NCBI RefSeq assembly: GCF_902713615.1
Contig: NC_052176.1
Location: 10,120,243-10,184,242 of the forward strand
Source: Scyliorhinus canicula
Lineage: Eukaryota
DNA length: 64,000 nucleotides
Direction of reading: 5' to 3'
Shown: one piece after another, positions 11,360 through 23,059 of the stretch
How the letters are laid out: each line of letters starts with the position of its first letter
Position numbering within the stretch: position 1 is the stretch's first letter
Made by a program: the position numbers and the translations under genes
Notes under the pieces: generated by a model
The model's input: the letters and a program-made list of their open reading frames with translations, nothing else
Databases searched by the model: none
What the model was told of the DNA's origin: nothing

Positions 11360-11429
11360 TGAGCCTCACGTAATTTGAACACAATCTTCTGATCTGGAGT
11401 CAGGCGCGCTGCCGTTGCGTCCAAGCGCT
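11360..11429 (-). pseudogene. tRNA-Trp(CCA) pseudogene
   Basis: TTCTGATCTGGAGTCAGGCGCGCTGCCGTTGCG is the reverse complement of the Trp D and anticodon arms; acceptor stem broken. Confidence 0.7.
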
Positions 11430-11544
11430 GATCACGGAAACTCATAGATTGCTTTTATTTACACTTTGGCAGTATTCTGTAAATCAGCACCTTTGCGAAC
11501 AATACCCAAAGTTAGATTGAGGGATACTAAAGGGCCATGAAGTA

Positions 11545-11626
11545 AAGGAGCTGTACCACGTGGTTAAGGTGATGCACAATAATCCATTGTGTTCGGTGCA
11601 CGTGGCTTCAAATCCCATCCTCGTCT
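11545..11626 (+). pseudogene. tRNA-Ser(GCT)-type pseudogene
   Basis: Paralog of 4308-4389. Confidence 0.7.
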
Positions 11627-11844
11627 GTAACGTTGTTGTGTCTCTGTTTGGTCCACTCATGAGGGTGAAGTGATAATGCTGTAATTTTTAGCTCTTGTTT
11701 GAGGGCTTGGGGGGTTGAGGGCTAAAAAATGATAAGAAAGTTACTTATTTCTGTCCCGCCCTAATTGTGCATAATTTCTGAGTTGGAAACTATTTCTCTT
11801 CCTCAGTGTGAAACTATCGAAGTGGCGCTAAACTTTCCAATTAC

Positions 11845-11916
11845 TGCGATGGCCGGGAATTGAACCCCAGTCAACTTCTTGGAAAACAGCTATACTCATC
11901 ACTATACCACTATCGC
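11845..11916 (-). pseudogene. tRNA-Gly(TCC) pseudogene
   Basis: 72-nt reverse complement GCGATAGTGGTATAGTGATGAGTATAGCTGTTTTCCAAGAAGTTGACTGGGGTTCAATTCCCGGCCATCGCA, with several stem mismatches. Confidence 0.8.
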
Positions 11917-12251
11917 TCACTGGAGCAACCTGAGTCCCTTTGGTGCTTTGCATTAGTTTGATAAATTGTTTCGTAACAAATTCTTACTTGGCTGAAGTTA
12001 TTGTACTCCAATTTAAAATGCTCCTGGATGAAAGTGTCCGTGTCACACGGCTCCCATTCTGCCAGCAAATGGCACCAGACCACAATAAATGTATACATGT
12101 AATTTATTTCTGATGTTCTGTGTGTCACTGCACAGGATTCTTACTGTGGCCTGAGACCTTAGCTTCTGTCCTGATGCTGCCGTTTTCACCAGTGCAGAAG
12201 GAGGTCATTCGACTCAATTCCACGTAACGTTTCAGATCCATCGACGTAACC

Positions 12252-12334
12252 GTCAGGATGGCCGAGCGGTCTAAGGCGCTGCGTTCAGGTCGCAGTCTCC
12301 TCTGGAGGCGTGGGTTCGAATCTCACTTCTGACA
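12252..12334 (+). tRNA. tRNA-Leu(CAG), intronless
   Basis: GTCAGGATGGCCGAGCGGTCTAAGGCGCTGCGTTCAGGTCGCAG...TTCGAATCTCACTTCTGACA, 83 nt, stems intact with G-U wobbles; T5 terminator at 12339-12343. Confidence 0.92.
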
Positions 12335-13794
12335 TTGATTTTTGGCACCATCCAAACCTGGAACCGCCTCCCCAACAGCACTGTGTGTGTACATACACCA
12401 TACGGACTTGCAGCAGTTCCAGAATCACCCCTCCGCCCATTCTCTGGGACTGCTAATGTTTGGCCGAATCAGCGACAGCCACAGCCAGAGAGACCTGCAA
12501 TAACCCTGAGAGCAGGAAAGGCAACTCATTGTCTTTTGGCCCAAAAGCAAAATACTGCAAATCTGAAACAAAGGCAGAAAATGCTGGAAATATTCAGCTG
12601 ATCCTGCAGCTTCTGTGGAGAGAGAAACAGGTCATTGCAATGAAAGGTCAGGATGTGAAATGGTAACTATTTCTCTTTTCACAAATACTACCAATCGGTA
12701 AAGTATTTCCAGCATTCACCTATGATTAGCTGAACATCCTCACGCTCTGTCGCTCAGTCCGTTAAAGTGTGCGCTCCCTAAAGAAAAATATGGAATCAAA
12801 TCCCACCCGAGCCTTATTCCGTTTGACCGTCTGTGCGATTGTGAATTTCCTCTGTAGCAGGGCAAAATCTGTATTTTACCGGTTTAAATTGTCCTTCACT
12901 TTCCTGCAGATAATCTACAGAGATTTTAAAACAAGGACTGATTCAGCTCCCATTATCCAGCTGTTACATCTTTGGGCTAGAAATCAACTGGATTTTCCCC
13001 TTTGACTTGAGTCCTGCTCCCAGAGGATCTGTTCAGTATTTTCAATAATGTTTTATTTTGAATCCTCTATGCCCAGGGAATTGTGACGCTGAAATTGCTC
13101 ACATTTTTCTCCATTGTCTATTCTGCAGGTATTGACTGCACCGTCTAATGGAGACATTCTCACAGGGCTGTGAGAGAGGCTTTCTTTCAGGTTTGAGGCC
13201 TCTTTTGGTCAATGAACAGCAACCGGATGCCTGCAGAGAAACTCGGAATATCAAGCCCCTCTTCCCAGGATGGTCTTAATCAGGGACAAGATGTTAGTTG
13301 AAGAGAGAATAAATGGTCTGGAGTTTTGGGAAGAGAAGAAGGTGGGGGAGCAATGTGTCAATAGCAGGATAGGAGTTTAGGATATTATCCAGTCTGTGCT
13401 GGGGGTTGCGGGAAGGAAGTTGTATTGTCTGCCCACCCAAGCTGAATGTTAGGATTGAGGTGGTGATCAGATTCCGAGAGGAGGGTGAAATCCTATCACT
13501 GAGTTTCAAGCTTACAGCGAGGTTGAGTGTCTTGAATCACAGGAAGATATAGACGGGATGGTCGAATGCGAAGAAAAATGGCTGAAGGAATTTAACCCTG
13601 AGAAGTGTGAGGTAGTCCACTTGGACGGAGTAATGTGACAAGGAAGTATTCAATGAATGGCTTAACAATGGAAATGCGGAGGAACGAAGGGACCTTGACT
13701 TGTTTGTCCATATATTCCTGAAGGCAGAGGGGCAGGTTAATAACGTGGTGAAAAATGTATCTTGGATACTTGACTTTACCAATCGAGGCGTTTT

Positions 13795-14054
13795 TGTGAG
13801 GGCCACGAGGAATCCAGCACGAGTTGAAGGATAGAAAGAAATAACATTTATTTACAATAACATATATATACAAAAGGAGCAGTAACTTCCTTGCTGCTCA
13901 CTCCTCTCTCGCTGGTTCCAAATTGGCCAACTCTATTAATGCAGGGAATCTGCTAATTATTTCTCTGCCCCCATCATTGGGGAAGCTCATACTCCCTAAG
14001 GATTGTGGGATAGCCATTAGTCCCCAGCCAGTGGTAAGCAGGCAGGTTATAACA
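13795..14054 (-). mobile_element. 3' LTR of the Gypsy element
   Basis: TG...CA termini; adjacent polypurine tract (reverse complement GGGGGGCTGGGA at 14055-14066); AATAAA on the minus strand. Confidence 0.7.
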
Positions 14055-16900
14055 TCCCAGCCCCCCAAAGTCCAAGGAATCCACGAAATACCCTGGGGAA
14101 GGAGTGCATCGGATTCGTTTTGCCGCAGGCCAGACACCATTTGCATGAGGCGCTGGATCGGGCGGCATGTAACATGAAGGAGAATGGCGCTTCCATGATG
14201 AACGGCATAACGGTTGTGCATCCATGGCCCATGGGTCCGAGGACTACCCCTCTGAGGCGTCCTGTGACTCCATCTTGGAATCGGAGTCTGCTGCCTCCGT
14301 CATCTCGGCATCTCTATCTCCACGCAGTCCTGCAACGAACTGCATTGGCTTTGAGTGCGGCGCCAGAGAAAGATTGTGAGGAATACTCTCTACGGTGTCT
14401 GGTCTCTGTGGCAGTAGAAGTGAGCTCTGGGGCCGGGGAGTCTTTGAAAGAAATGGACTTCTGGCCCGAACATGGTTTACATGCTTGCGCTGGAGATGGC
14501 CTGGGCTTGCACCTGGTAAGAGATAGGGCCCATTCAGCAAAAGATAACTCCAGGGACCCACTGGGAACCACCAGCAAAATTTCGAAAGAACCCTGTGTCA
14601 CCCAGCGTAAACTGCCCAATCGGCCAATGCCGAGAAAAGCCAGGTCCCTGACTTTCTTGAGTACTGCTTACTTTTACGCCAATCTCCGGGAAAACAATGC
14701 GACGGTAGCTGCAAAGTCTCCGTCCCATTAGAACTTTGGCAGGAGCTACTCCAGTCACGCATAGGCAGTGTTCCTGTCTGTAAACAGAAACCGTGCCAGT
14801 CTCGTGTCCATAGATCCGGAAGACTGCTTCTATAGGCCCCGTTTGAATGTCTGGACTGTGCACGCTCCGCCAACCCATTGGAAGCCGGTTGGTATGGAGC
14901 ATATGCCGTTCATTTTAATGAACCTCGCAAACTCCTCACTTCTGAATGGAGTGCCGTTGTCCATGGCCAACACCTTGGGGAGGCCATGCGTACTGAAAGA
15001 AAAATGCATCTTCACAATTGTTGTGCAGGACGTTGTGCCTCCCATCTTATGCACCTCTAACCGTTTAGACTGGGTATCGATAAATAGAAGGGACATGGAT
15101 CCTTGAAAAGGGCCGGCGAAATCCGCATGCAAGCGTGCCCAAGGCAGCCCTGGCCATTCCCAGTGATGTAGGGGCGTGGCTGGTGGTAGCTTCTGATGCT
15201 TCTAGCAAATGGAGCAGTTTTGGGCCACCTTCACAATGTCGGTGGCGAGGCCTGGCCACCAGACATAACTCCGGGCCAACATTTTAATTTTCATCACACC
15301 CAGATGCCCATTGTGGACGTCCCTTATTATCAGCTCCTGCCCTTATTCCGGGACAATCCCATACATGCCCCACAAGAGGATAACGTCCTCCACTCTGAAT
15401 TCTGACAGCTTGGAGGAAAATGCCCCCAACTCGCCTGGGAGCTGTCTATGCTGCCCACCGTACAGAACTATGTGCCGAACCTTTGACAGGACTGGCTCCT
15501 TCTGGGTCCACTCACAGATCTGTGATGTCCTGACAGGCAAGGAGTCTATTAAATTTAGGGTTGCAACCACATCACCAGTCATGGGGGTCGACATTGGGCC
15601 GGTCGATAAAGGCGATCGGCTCAGTGCGTCGACATTCACTATCTGCACTCCTGGTTTATGCTTTAGAGAATACTCGTAGCCAGCGAGCAACAAAGCCCAG
15701 TGCTGGATTCCTGCGGAAGCCATGGGCAGTATTGGCTTATCCTCTCGTAATGTCCCAGCAGAGGCTTATGATCAGTCATAATAGTGAAGTGGCGGCCATA
15801 CACATATTGGTGGAAGCGTTTCACCGCAAAGACCATCGCCAGGTCCTCCTTCTCGATCTGCACGTACTTATTTTCCGCTGCAGTCAATGTGCGGGAGGCA
15901 AAAGCTATCCGCCGCTCGGCCTGGTTCTCCATCTTGTGGGACAGGACGGCCCCAATACCAGACGGGGATGCATCACACGTGATGAGCAAAGGCTTTCCAG
16001 GATAATAGTGGATTAGTAACCCAGATGACAATTGTTGTTTTACCCACCGGAAAGTAGTTTCTTGTGGCTGACCCCAAACCCAGGAGTAATTCTTCTTCAA
16101 CAGAAGGTGCAATGGGGCCAGAGTAGTTTCCAGATTGGGGAGGAACTTCCCGTAATAGTTTACGCAGCCGAGAAATGACGAAGATGCGCACACTTTCTCT
16201 GCGATGGGGTGCAAACCTTCGCGGTCCACCCGATAACCAAGTAGACTGCTTCCTTCGCCTGAAAGGCGCACTTTGTGTGACGTAAACCGACTCCAGCCTC
16301 TGAAAAGCATCCAAGGACAGGCACCACATTTTGCAAATGTTCCTGCTCCAACGTCCCTGCAATCAAAACGTCATCTAAGTAGACAGTAACATACGATAAA
16401 CCTCTCAAGATACCTTCCACAACGCATTGAAAAATAGCACATGCAGAGGATACCCCAAAGGGCAAACCATGTCTATTCATACTGGCCCTGGTGTGTATTG
16501 ATAATTACATATGGCCGGGAGGCAAGTTCCAGCTCCAACATGACTCATCTCTAATTTCGTAAACGAGAGTCTGCCTGCAAGCTATGCATAGAGATCCTCT
16601 ATGCGAGGCATTGGATATCAGTCAAGCAGGGAAGCCGTATTCACTGTAATTTATAGTCGCTGCACAAGCGAACTGTGGCATCTGGCTTCACAACAGGTAC
16701 AATTGGTACGGCCCGTCAGTGATAATACCCAAGGACTCCAAATGAGTGAGCCTGGATAGAAACACTGCAAGGGGTTATCCTGAGGTCCTCTCAGTGGTAT
16801 TAACCCGGTAACACTGGACTGTCGTGGACGAGGTTGGGTTTAAATGTTGCCCCACGAAGGTTACAAGTTCATCAAAAGTCTTTGTGTCCGGTGCAGCTGG
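14055..16900 (-). mobile_element. Decayed Ty3/Gypsy LTR retrotransposon gag-pol
   Basis: Frameshifted motifs: LPFGVSSA..IFQ and YLDD (RT); CDAS..GIGAVL and TDHKPL (RNase H); HADFAGPF and DNGTPF.SEEF (integrase); APDTKTFDELV (gag). Confidence 0.9.
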
Positions 16901-18684
16901 GCACATAAGTGGTGACCTGATTATGAGGGGCATAGACAGGGAGGATAAGGAGACCCTGTTCCTCTTACTTGAAGGGTCATTCACGAAGGAACACATTTTC
17001 ATGGTCTGGGGTTGGACGTGTATTGGGATTTGAGGAGAAACCTTTATACCAGAGGTTGTTGAAGGTCTGGAATGCACTGCCTGGGAGGGTGGGAGAGTCT
17101 GGGTTGCTCACATCCTTTAAAAAATACCTGGATGTACACTTGGGGCGTCATAACAACCAAGGATATGAGCCAAATGCTGGCTAAAGGGACTTGGTAGACA
17201 AGTCTGGAATTTTCAAGCTTTGGTGCAGATCGATGGGCTGAATGGCATCTCCTGCACTGTAATAGTCTGAGATTCCGATTCTGTTAAATATCAGATCTTG
17301 GGGGCATCACTGCTGTATTCCCTGGAGTTGGTGGTCTCATTCTTCGAGCAAAACACATCCAGCGAGTTTGGGTTTCTCAATAAGAACAAATTGGAGATGT
17401 GGGATGTTAGAAACTGCTCAGCACTAATTCACTTTATTCATTGTTGTGACCTGGGATAAACAAGTGGATTGTAGCTGTCCATTAAACACACAAATAGAAT
17501 TTGCAAGTTTCTGGCAGTGACTTCACAATGTCCACTCTTACATTACTCAGCATTCTCAGCTGCATCAAATCTGGTCCACATAACATGTCACCATTACGTA
17601 CAGCCAGTCTTTCTCATACCTCTTCTTTTACAAGAGCTTTATACAAAAGAAAACATTTACAAATTATCGATGGGGAAAATGAGCAATTGTATTGAAGGTA
17701 GTTTACAGAAGGGGAAAACGTGTGAGCTTAAAGTAGTTAGATTAGGGAAATGAAAATAGGAATATGTGGAATGAAGGGGAGGGTTGTTCATGATTGCAGA
17801 CTTCGATGAATTTTTATTATCTGTCTCAGTTTATGAAAATAGCTCCAATGAATCGGATTTGACGAGGGCAGACAAATTCTTTGGAAAACCGCCAAGACCA
17901 TGGAGTGTGTGCAGTGGAGATTGACTGGAATGGTATCAATGACGAGGAATCCCTTGTGCGGGTGGAATAAAATATTGCAGACATCCCTGTTATAACAGAG
18001 AATGTCAAAGGGAGATTCAATAGATATTTACATTCATCCCATGGCATTATTTTCTGATACACATCAAACAATATTTTCCCATTGATGGGTTGTTCAATAT
18101 TCAATGAACAGATTCAAGATAATCTGCAGGATTTTGCTTTTGTCCCAATTTAATTGATGGGGAAATGTTTCACACTGGTCCATTCCAGACAGTCCCTGAC
18201 CTGATGTGACAGAAATTTATTTTGCTTCCAGAAACTGCATTTCCAACATTGCTCACCTGGCTGCACATTCAGAACCTTCTGACCAACTTTTCATGGATGG
18301 AAAAAGCCTCTGAGACTGTTCAGAAACTCAAAGAGGTGACAAGGTGAGGGAGAGGTTAAGGTGATGGACTGTTAATCCATTGGGATTTTCACACGGGGAT
18401 TCCAATCACATCCTGTTGCTAGTTTGTGGAGATTTTTAATCAATTGCTTCTTCCTGTTTGGATACATATTGCCTGAAATCCTGTGGTTATCAATATCACA
18501 TTGGAGTTTCCAGATTTGGCTCAGACTTTAACAAATTGAGATTGGCAAAGTCCTTCACCCAAATGTTACTGGTATGATGATCAAATGGCAGAGCAGATAT
18601 GAAGAAGCACAGTTTACTCATTTTCCTATCTTCCAATCTTCCTAATCCTGGATTCAACAGGTTGTCAAATTGATTTAAAAAATA

Positions 18685-18902
18685 AATTTAGAGTACCTAA
18701 TTATTTTTTTTTCCAATTATGGGGTAATTTAGCGTGGCCAATCTACCTAAACGACACATATTTGTGTTTGTGGGTGTGAAACCCACGCACACACAGGGAG
18801 AACGTGCAAACTCCACACGGACAGTGGCCCAGGGCCGGGATTCGAACCCGGGTCCTCAGCGTCATATGCAGCAGTGCTAAACACTGAGCCAAATGTCGCC
18901 CC
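18685..18902 (-). mobile_element. HE1-like SINE
   Basis: Reverse complement of the SINE head and V-domain (GAACGTGCAAACTCCACACGGACAGT...GGATTCGAACCCGGG). Confidence 0.8.
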
Positions 18903-19149
18903 AAAATTCCCTCCCAATCTGTACATGCTGCCTGTTGTTAATTCCTCCACCTTTCCTTCAGGAAAAAATAGAAATCTGGAGGGAGCTGAAATGAGGTGTT
19001 ATTCTCACTATTGACAATCTCTGTCCTGAACCAGAATTCCACACAACTCAGCTCCCAGTAAATGCTGAGGATAATTATAATATCCTATCCAAGCTGCAAT
19101 TCCTGGATAAATATCAGCCGGTGCTCGAGGATAACCCCATTGCTTGTGT

Positions 19150-19310
19150 GTCTTCAGCACAGCCCCATGGGATCACTTACAACAGAATGAGAGGGTGGAC
19201 GGGGCCTCGGTTTAACATCTCCAACAGTGTAGCACTCCCTCAGTACTGACCTGGATTGTCAGCCTTCCATTTTACACACATTCTGCAGTGGGATTTGAAG
19301 ACACACTTTG
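19150..19310 (-). mobile_element. Deu-domain SINE relic (SacSINE1/AmnSINE-like)
   Basis: GGGGCCTCGGTTTAACATCTCC...ACAGTGTAGCACTCCCTCAGTACTG resembles the reverse-complemented Deu core. Confidence 0.55.
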
Positions 19311-20985
19311 TGTTTCAAAGGCGACAGCGACCAGGTCACCCCCAGTGAAAGTGTTTAAGAAATCGTCGAATCCACAGCTACATGACTGGGACGATTATGA
19401 GGTCATCGCCTGGCAGGTTACGTGACAGCTGGAGCCACAAGGCATCACAACCAGATTCAAACCCCAAATCCTGTCAGTCACTTTTCAAATAAAGCTGTCG
19501 GCTGCTTAAAGACACAGCAGTTAAACTTCCTGCTTGACCAAGAGGACAGCTAGGGAGATGTATAGAAAACAAAATCCTTCATCAAAATAGTTCAAACACC
19601 ATTGAGATTGAAATGCTGCGAGGAAAGCCGGGTTGTTATTGAGAACTCTGCTGAGAGAACTATATCAGACAGCAGAGAAATCAGGTGAAGAATCCGATCT
19701 GAATAAATCAACACCAGAGAACAAGTCACCGTCAAAACTGCATCAACCCTTGTGAAGATCAATGAGTAAAAGCTGAGAGCTCCGCACATCATCAGTTCAT
19801 CAAGTAGACACATTGTCTGGATAAAGCATTCTGTTTCCAACAGGGTTTATTGAACTGAGTGGAATAGACACATCATTACAGAACAGGTAAGTAATCACTG
19901 CAATTTTATTTGTTGTTAAGACAATGAACTCAAAACAAGATTTAGGGTGATAATAAGTTGATAATTCTAAACAAACTTTACTTTGGGTGCATGAAATGCA
20001 ACAATTAAATTACAAACAATGACAGGAGTGACCTGTGAGCTCAAACACAGAGAGAGTGAATAGCAGAGTGAAGAGTTTAAAATGTGGATTTGATGAGAGT
20101 GCGGATTAGGTGCAGAGGGGGAAGGAGCTGCTGTGTAATTTAAACTGAGGGACAACAGCAAAAGTACAAGAGGCAAGTAGCGAACACTCTAAATAACGAG
20201 AACTTTAATTAAATAGACAGCTCAGCTCAGTGAAATGTAGGGACAGCTGACAGCCGTTGTCTACACATCCTGCACTCTGTGGGAACTCCAAAGCAGGATG
20301 ATGATCAATGTCTGATTCACAATACTTTAGGGAACAAAGCAGAATACAGAAAGTGCAGAGAGAGAAATGAAAAGGGAAATGAGATCAGCAGACAGAGAGC
20401 ATGAGAAAAGTTACACAACATAATCAAAAACAGGCAGATGTTTACCAACACATAGAGAGAGTCAATGAGAGGGTGGCTGATGTGGAGATGCTGTGGAGAT
20501 AGAGGACATGGCTGAGGTACTAACTGATTACATTGTATATGTCATCACAAAACAAGTAGATGCTGCTAATGTCACAGTGAAGGAGGAGTTGGTGGAGTAT
20601 TGGACAGGACGGAAATAGATAAAGAGGAGGCAATGACAAGTTTGGCAGGGCTCACAGTAGAAAATCACACAATCCAGACGGGATACTCCTGGATTACTGA
20701 GGGAAAGAAGGGTGGAAATAGCAGAGATTCCAACCACTATCTTTCAATCCTCCTGGGATATGGGAGAGAAGTCCGAGAACTGCAGGTTGCTGATGTGACA
20801 TCTGTGTTTAAAATGGAGAGGTATAAACCCTGTAACTAGAGCAGTTAGTCTAATGCTGGTGGGGGGGGGGGGGGGGGAACGTTTAGAGAGAATAATATGG
20901 AAGAAAATTCATTGTCACTTGGTGGAACATGGATTGATAAATGAAAACCAGGATAGATTGGTGAATGAAAAATTGAAATACTTAA

Positions 20986-21331
20986 TCATAGAATTTACAG
21001 TGCAGAAGGAGGCCATTCAGCCCATCAAGTCTGCACCTGCTCTTGGAAAGAGCACCCTACCCAAGGTTCACACCTGCACCCTACCCCTTAACCCAGCAAC
21101 CCCACCCAACACTAAGGTCAATTTTGGATACTAAGGGCAATTTAGCATGGCCAATCCACCTAACTTGCACATCTTTGGACTGTGGGAGGAAACCGGAGCA
21201 CCTGGAGCAAACCCAGGCACAAACGGGGAGAATGCGCAGACTCTACAGAGAGTGACCCAAGCCGGGAATCGAACCTGGGACCCTGGAGCTGTGCAGCAAT
21301 TGTGCTTTCCACAATGCTACCGAGCTGCCCC
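20986..21331 (-). mobile_element. HE1-like SINE inserted in a decayed CR1 RT region (~20200-21830)
   Basis: Full SINE on the minus strand; flanks encode CR1-like FEKVPH.RL and FADDT-type motifs. Confidence 0.8.
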
Positions 21332-21904
21332 TAATGAAGTTCAATGATGAAGTTTCAGAGAACATTGAGCCGGGTGTCAGGGTCATGGTGTCTCGACTTC
21401 CAAAGGGGTTTGAAAAAGTCCCACATAATAGATTTGTTAGTAACATTCCAGCAGATGGGGTTAAAGGGGCAGTGACAGCACGGATACAAAATTGGAAAAG
21501 TGGCAGAAAGGATAAAGTAGTGGTGAGCGGTTGTTTTTCAGAGGGAGGGATTTATACAGAACCAATCAGTTCAGCCGGCAGTTCTAGTCCCATTCCCAGG
21601 GCTTTTTAGATTTAAATAACTTCCAGCCTATATCCAGTTTGCTGATGACACTGAGTTAGGGACATGGTTAGTCGTGTAGGTGGGAGCAGCAAGTTTCAAA
21701 GGCTCATTGACAGATTCAGTGAGTGAACAGAACTGTGGCCGATGGTGTACATCATGGGGAAGTGTGAGGTCATCCAGCTTGGAGCAAAGACAGATCAGAG
21801 AATTCCCCAAATAGTCAGAAACTTGGTACTGTGGAGGAGCAGAGAGTGAGAGCTGAGTGAGACCTGGCGGGTGGATAGAGAGCAGCAGCAGAGCCCGCCG
21901 AGAA

Positions 21905-22897
21905 CAGCCGTGAGAGAGAGAACGAGAGTGACAGCAGAGTGAGAGCGGCAGTGAGAGAGAGAACGAGAGTGAGAGCAGAGTGAGAGCGGCAGTGAGAGAG
22001 AGAACGAGAGTGAGAGCAGAGTGAGAGCGACAGTGAGAGAGAGAATGATGTGACAGCGAGTGGACCAGTAGAGACGTGAGAGCAAGTGAGAGCGCAGTGA
22101 GAGAGACGAGTGACAGCAGAGTGAGAGCAGCAGTGAGAGAGAGAACGAGAGTGACAGCAGAGTGAGAGCGGCAGTGAGAAGAGAACGAGAGTGACAGCAG
22201 AGTGAGAGCGGCAGTGAGAGAGAGAACGAGAGTGACAGCAGAGTGAGAGCGGCAGTGAGAGAGAGAACGAGAGTGGCAGCAGAGTGAGAGCTGAGTGAGA
22301 CTGGCGGGTGGATAGAGACCAGCAGCAGAGCAGCCTGAGAGCGGCAGTGAGAGAGAGAACGAGAGTGACAGCAGAGTGAGAGCGGCAGTCAGAGAGAGAA
22401 CGAGAGTGAGAGCAGAGTGAGCGGCAGTGAGAGAGAGAACGAGAGTGACAGCAGAGTGAGAGCGGCAGTGAGAGAGAGAACGAGAGTGACAGCAGAGTGA
22501 GAGCGGCAGTGAGAGAGAGAACGAGTATGACAGCAGAGTGAGAGCGGCAGTGAGAGAGAGAACGAGAGTGACAGCAGAGTGAGAGCGGCAGTGAGAGAGA
22601 GAATGAGAGTGACAGCAGAGTGAGAGCGGCAGTGAGAGAGAGAACGAGATTGACAGCAGAGTGACAGCAGAGTGAGAACGGCAGTGAGAGAGAGAACGAG
22701 AGTGACAGCAGAGTGAGAGCGGCAGTGAGAGAGAGAATGAGAGTGACAGCAGAGTGAGAGCGGCAGTGAGAGAGAGAACGAGATTGACAGCAGAGTGACA
22801 GCAGGGTGAGAACGGCAGTGAGAGAGAGAACGAGAGTGACAGCAGAGTGAGAGCGGCATTGAGAGAGAGAACGAGAGTGACAGCACAGTGAGAGCGG
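21905..22897. repeat. 41-bp minisatellite (GAGAGAGAGAACGAGAGTGACAGCAGAGTGAGAGCGGCAGT)n
   Basis: Direct 41-bp periodicity; also present at 63630-64000. Confidence 0.95.
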
Positions 22898-23059
22898 TGG
22901 GGGAATAAAGAGCAGTGGGGGAGGGGTTGAAGCAAACCGGACATGTTTAAAATAAATACTCAAAAAGCATGATATCACAGGAAAGTGTCAGCGTAATCAG
23001 GGCATTAGTGTAGAACAGGTCTACAGGCATTAAATACATTGAATAGCTTTAACAAGGTA

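Larger units (their letters stand above)
10600..11720 (+). repeat. Direct paralog of ~2930-4480 (Arg-Trp-Ser tRNA module); a third, inverted partial copy lies at ~5400-6045
   Basis: Shared long stretches, e.g. the MKTADCGSRSCCL pseudo-ORF at 3800 and 11075, with its reverse complement at 5860-5960. Confidence 0.85.
17514..22200 (+). repeat. Segmental duplication, copy 1 (copy 2 at 59243-64000)
   Basis: Colinear, highly similar sequence offset by ~41.7 kb; paired pseudo-ORFs (METECFIQ..., MKFNDEVSEN...). Confidence 0.92.

Noticed and set aside
21628-22978. 438-aa and 387-aa ORFs
   Set aside because: Stop-free reading of the 41-bp minisatellite
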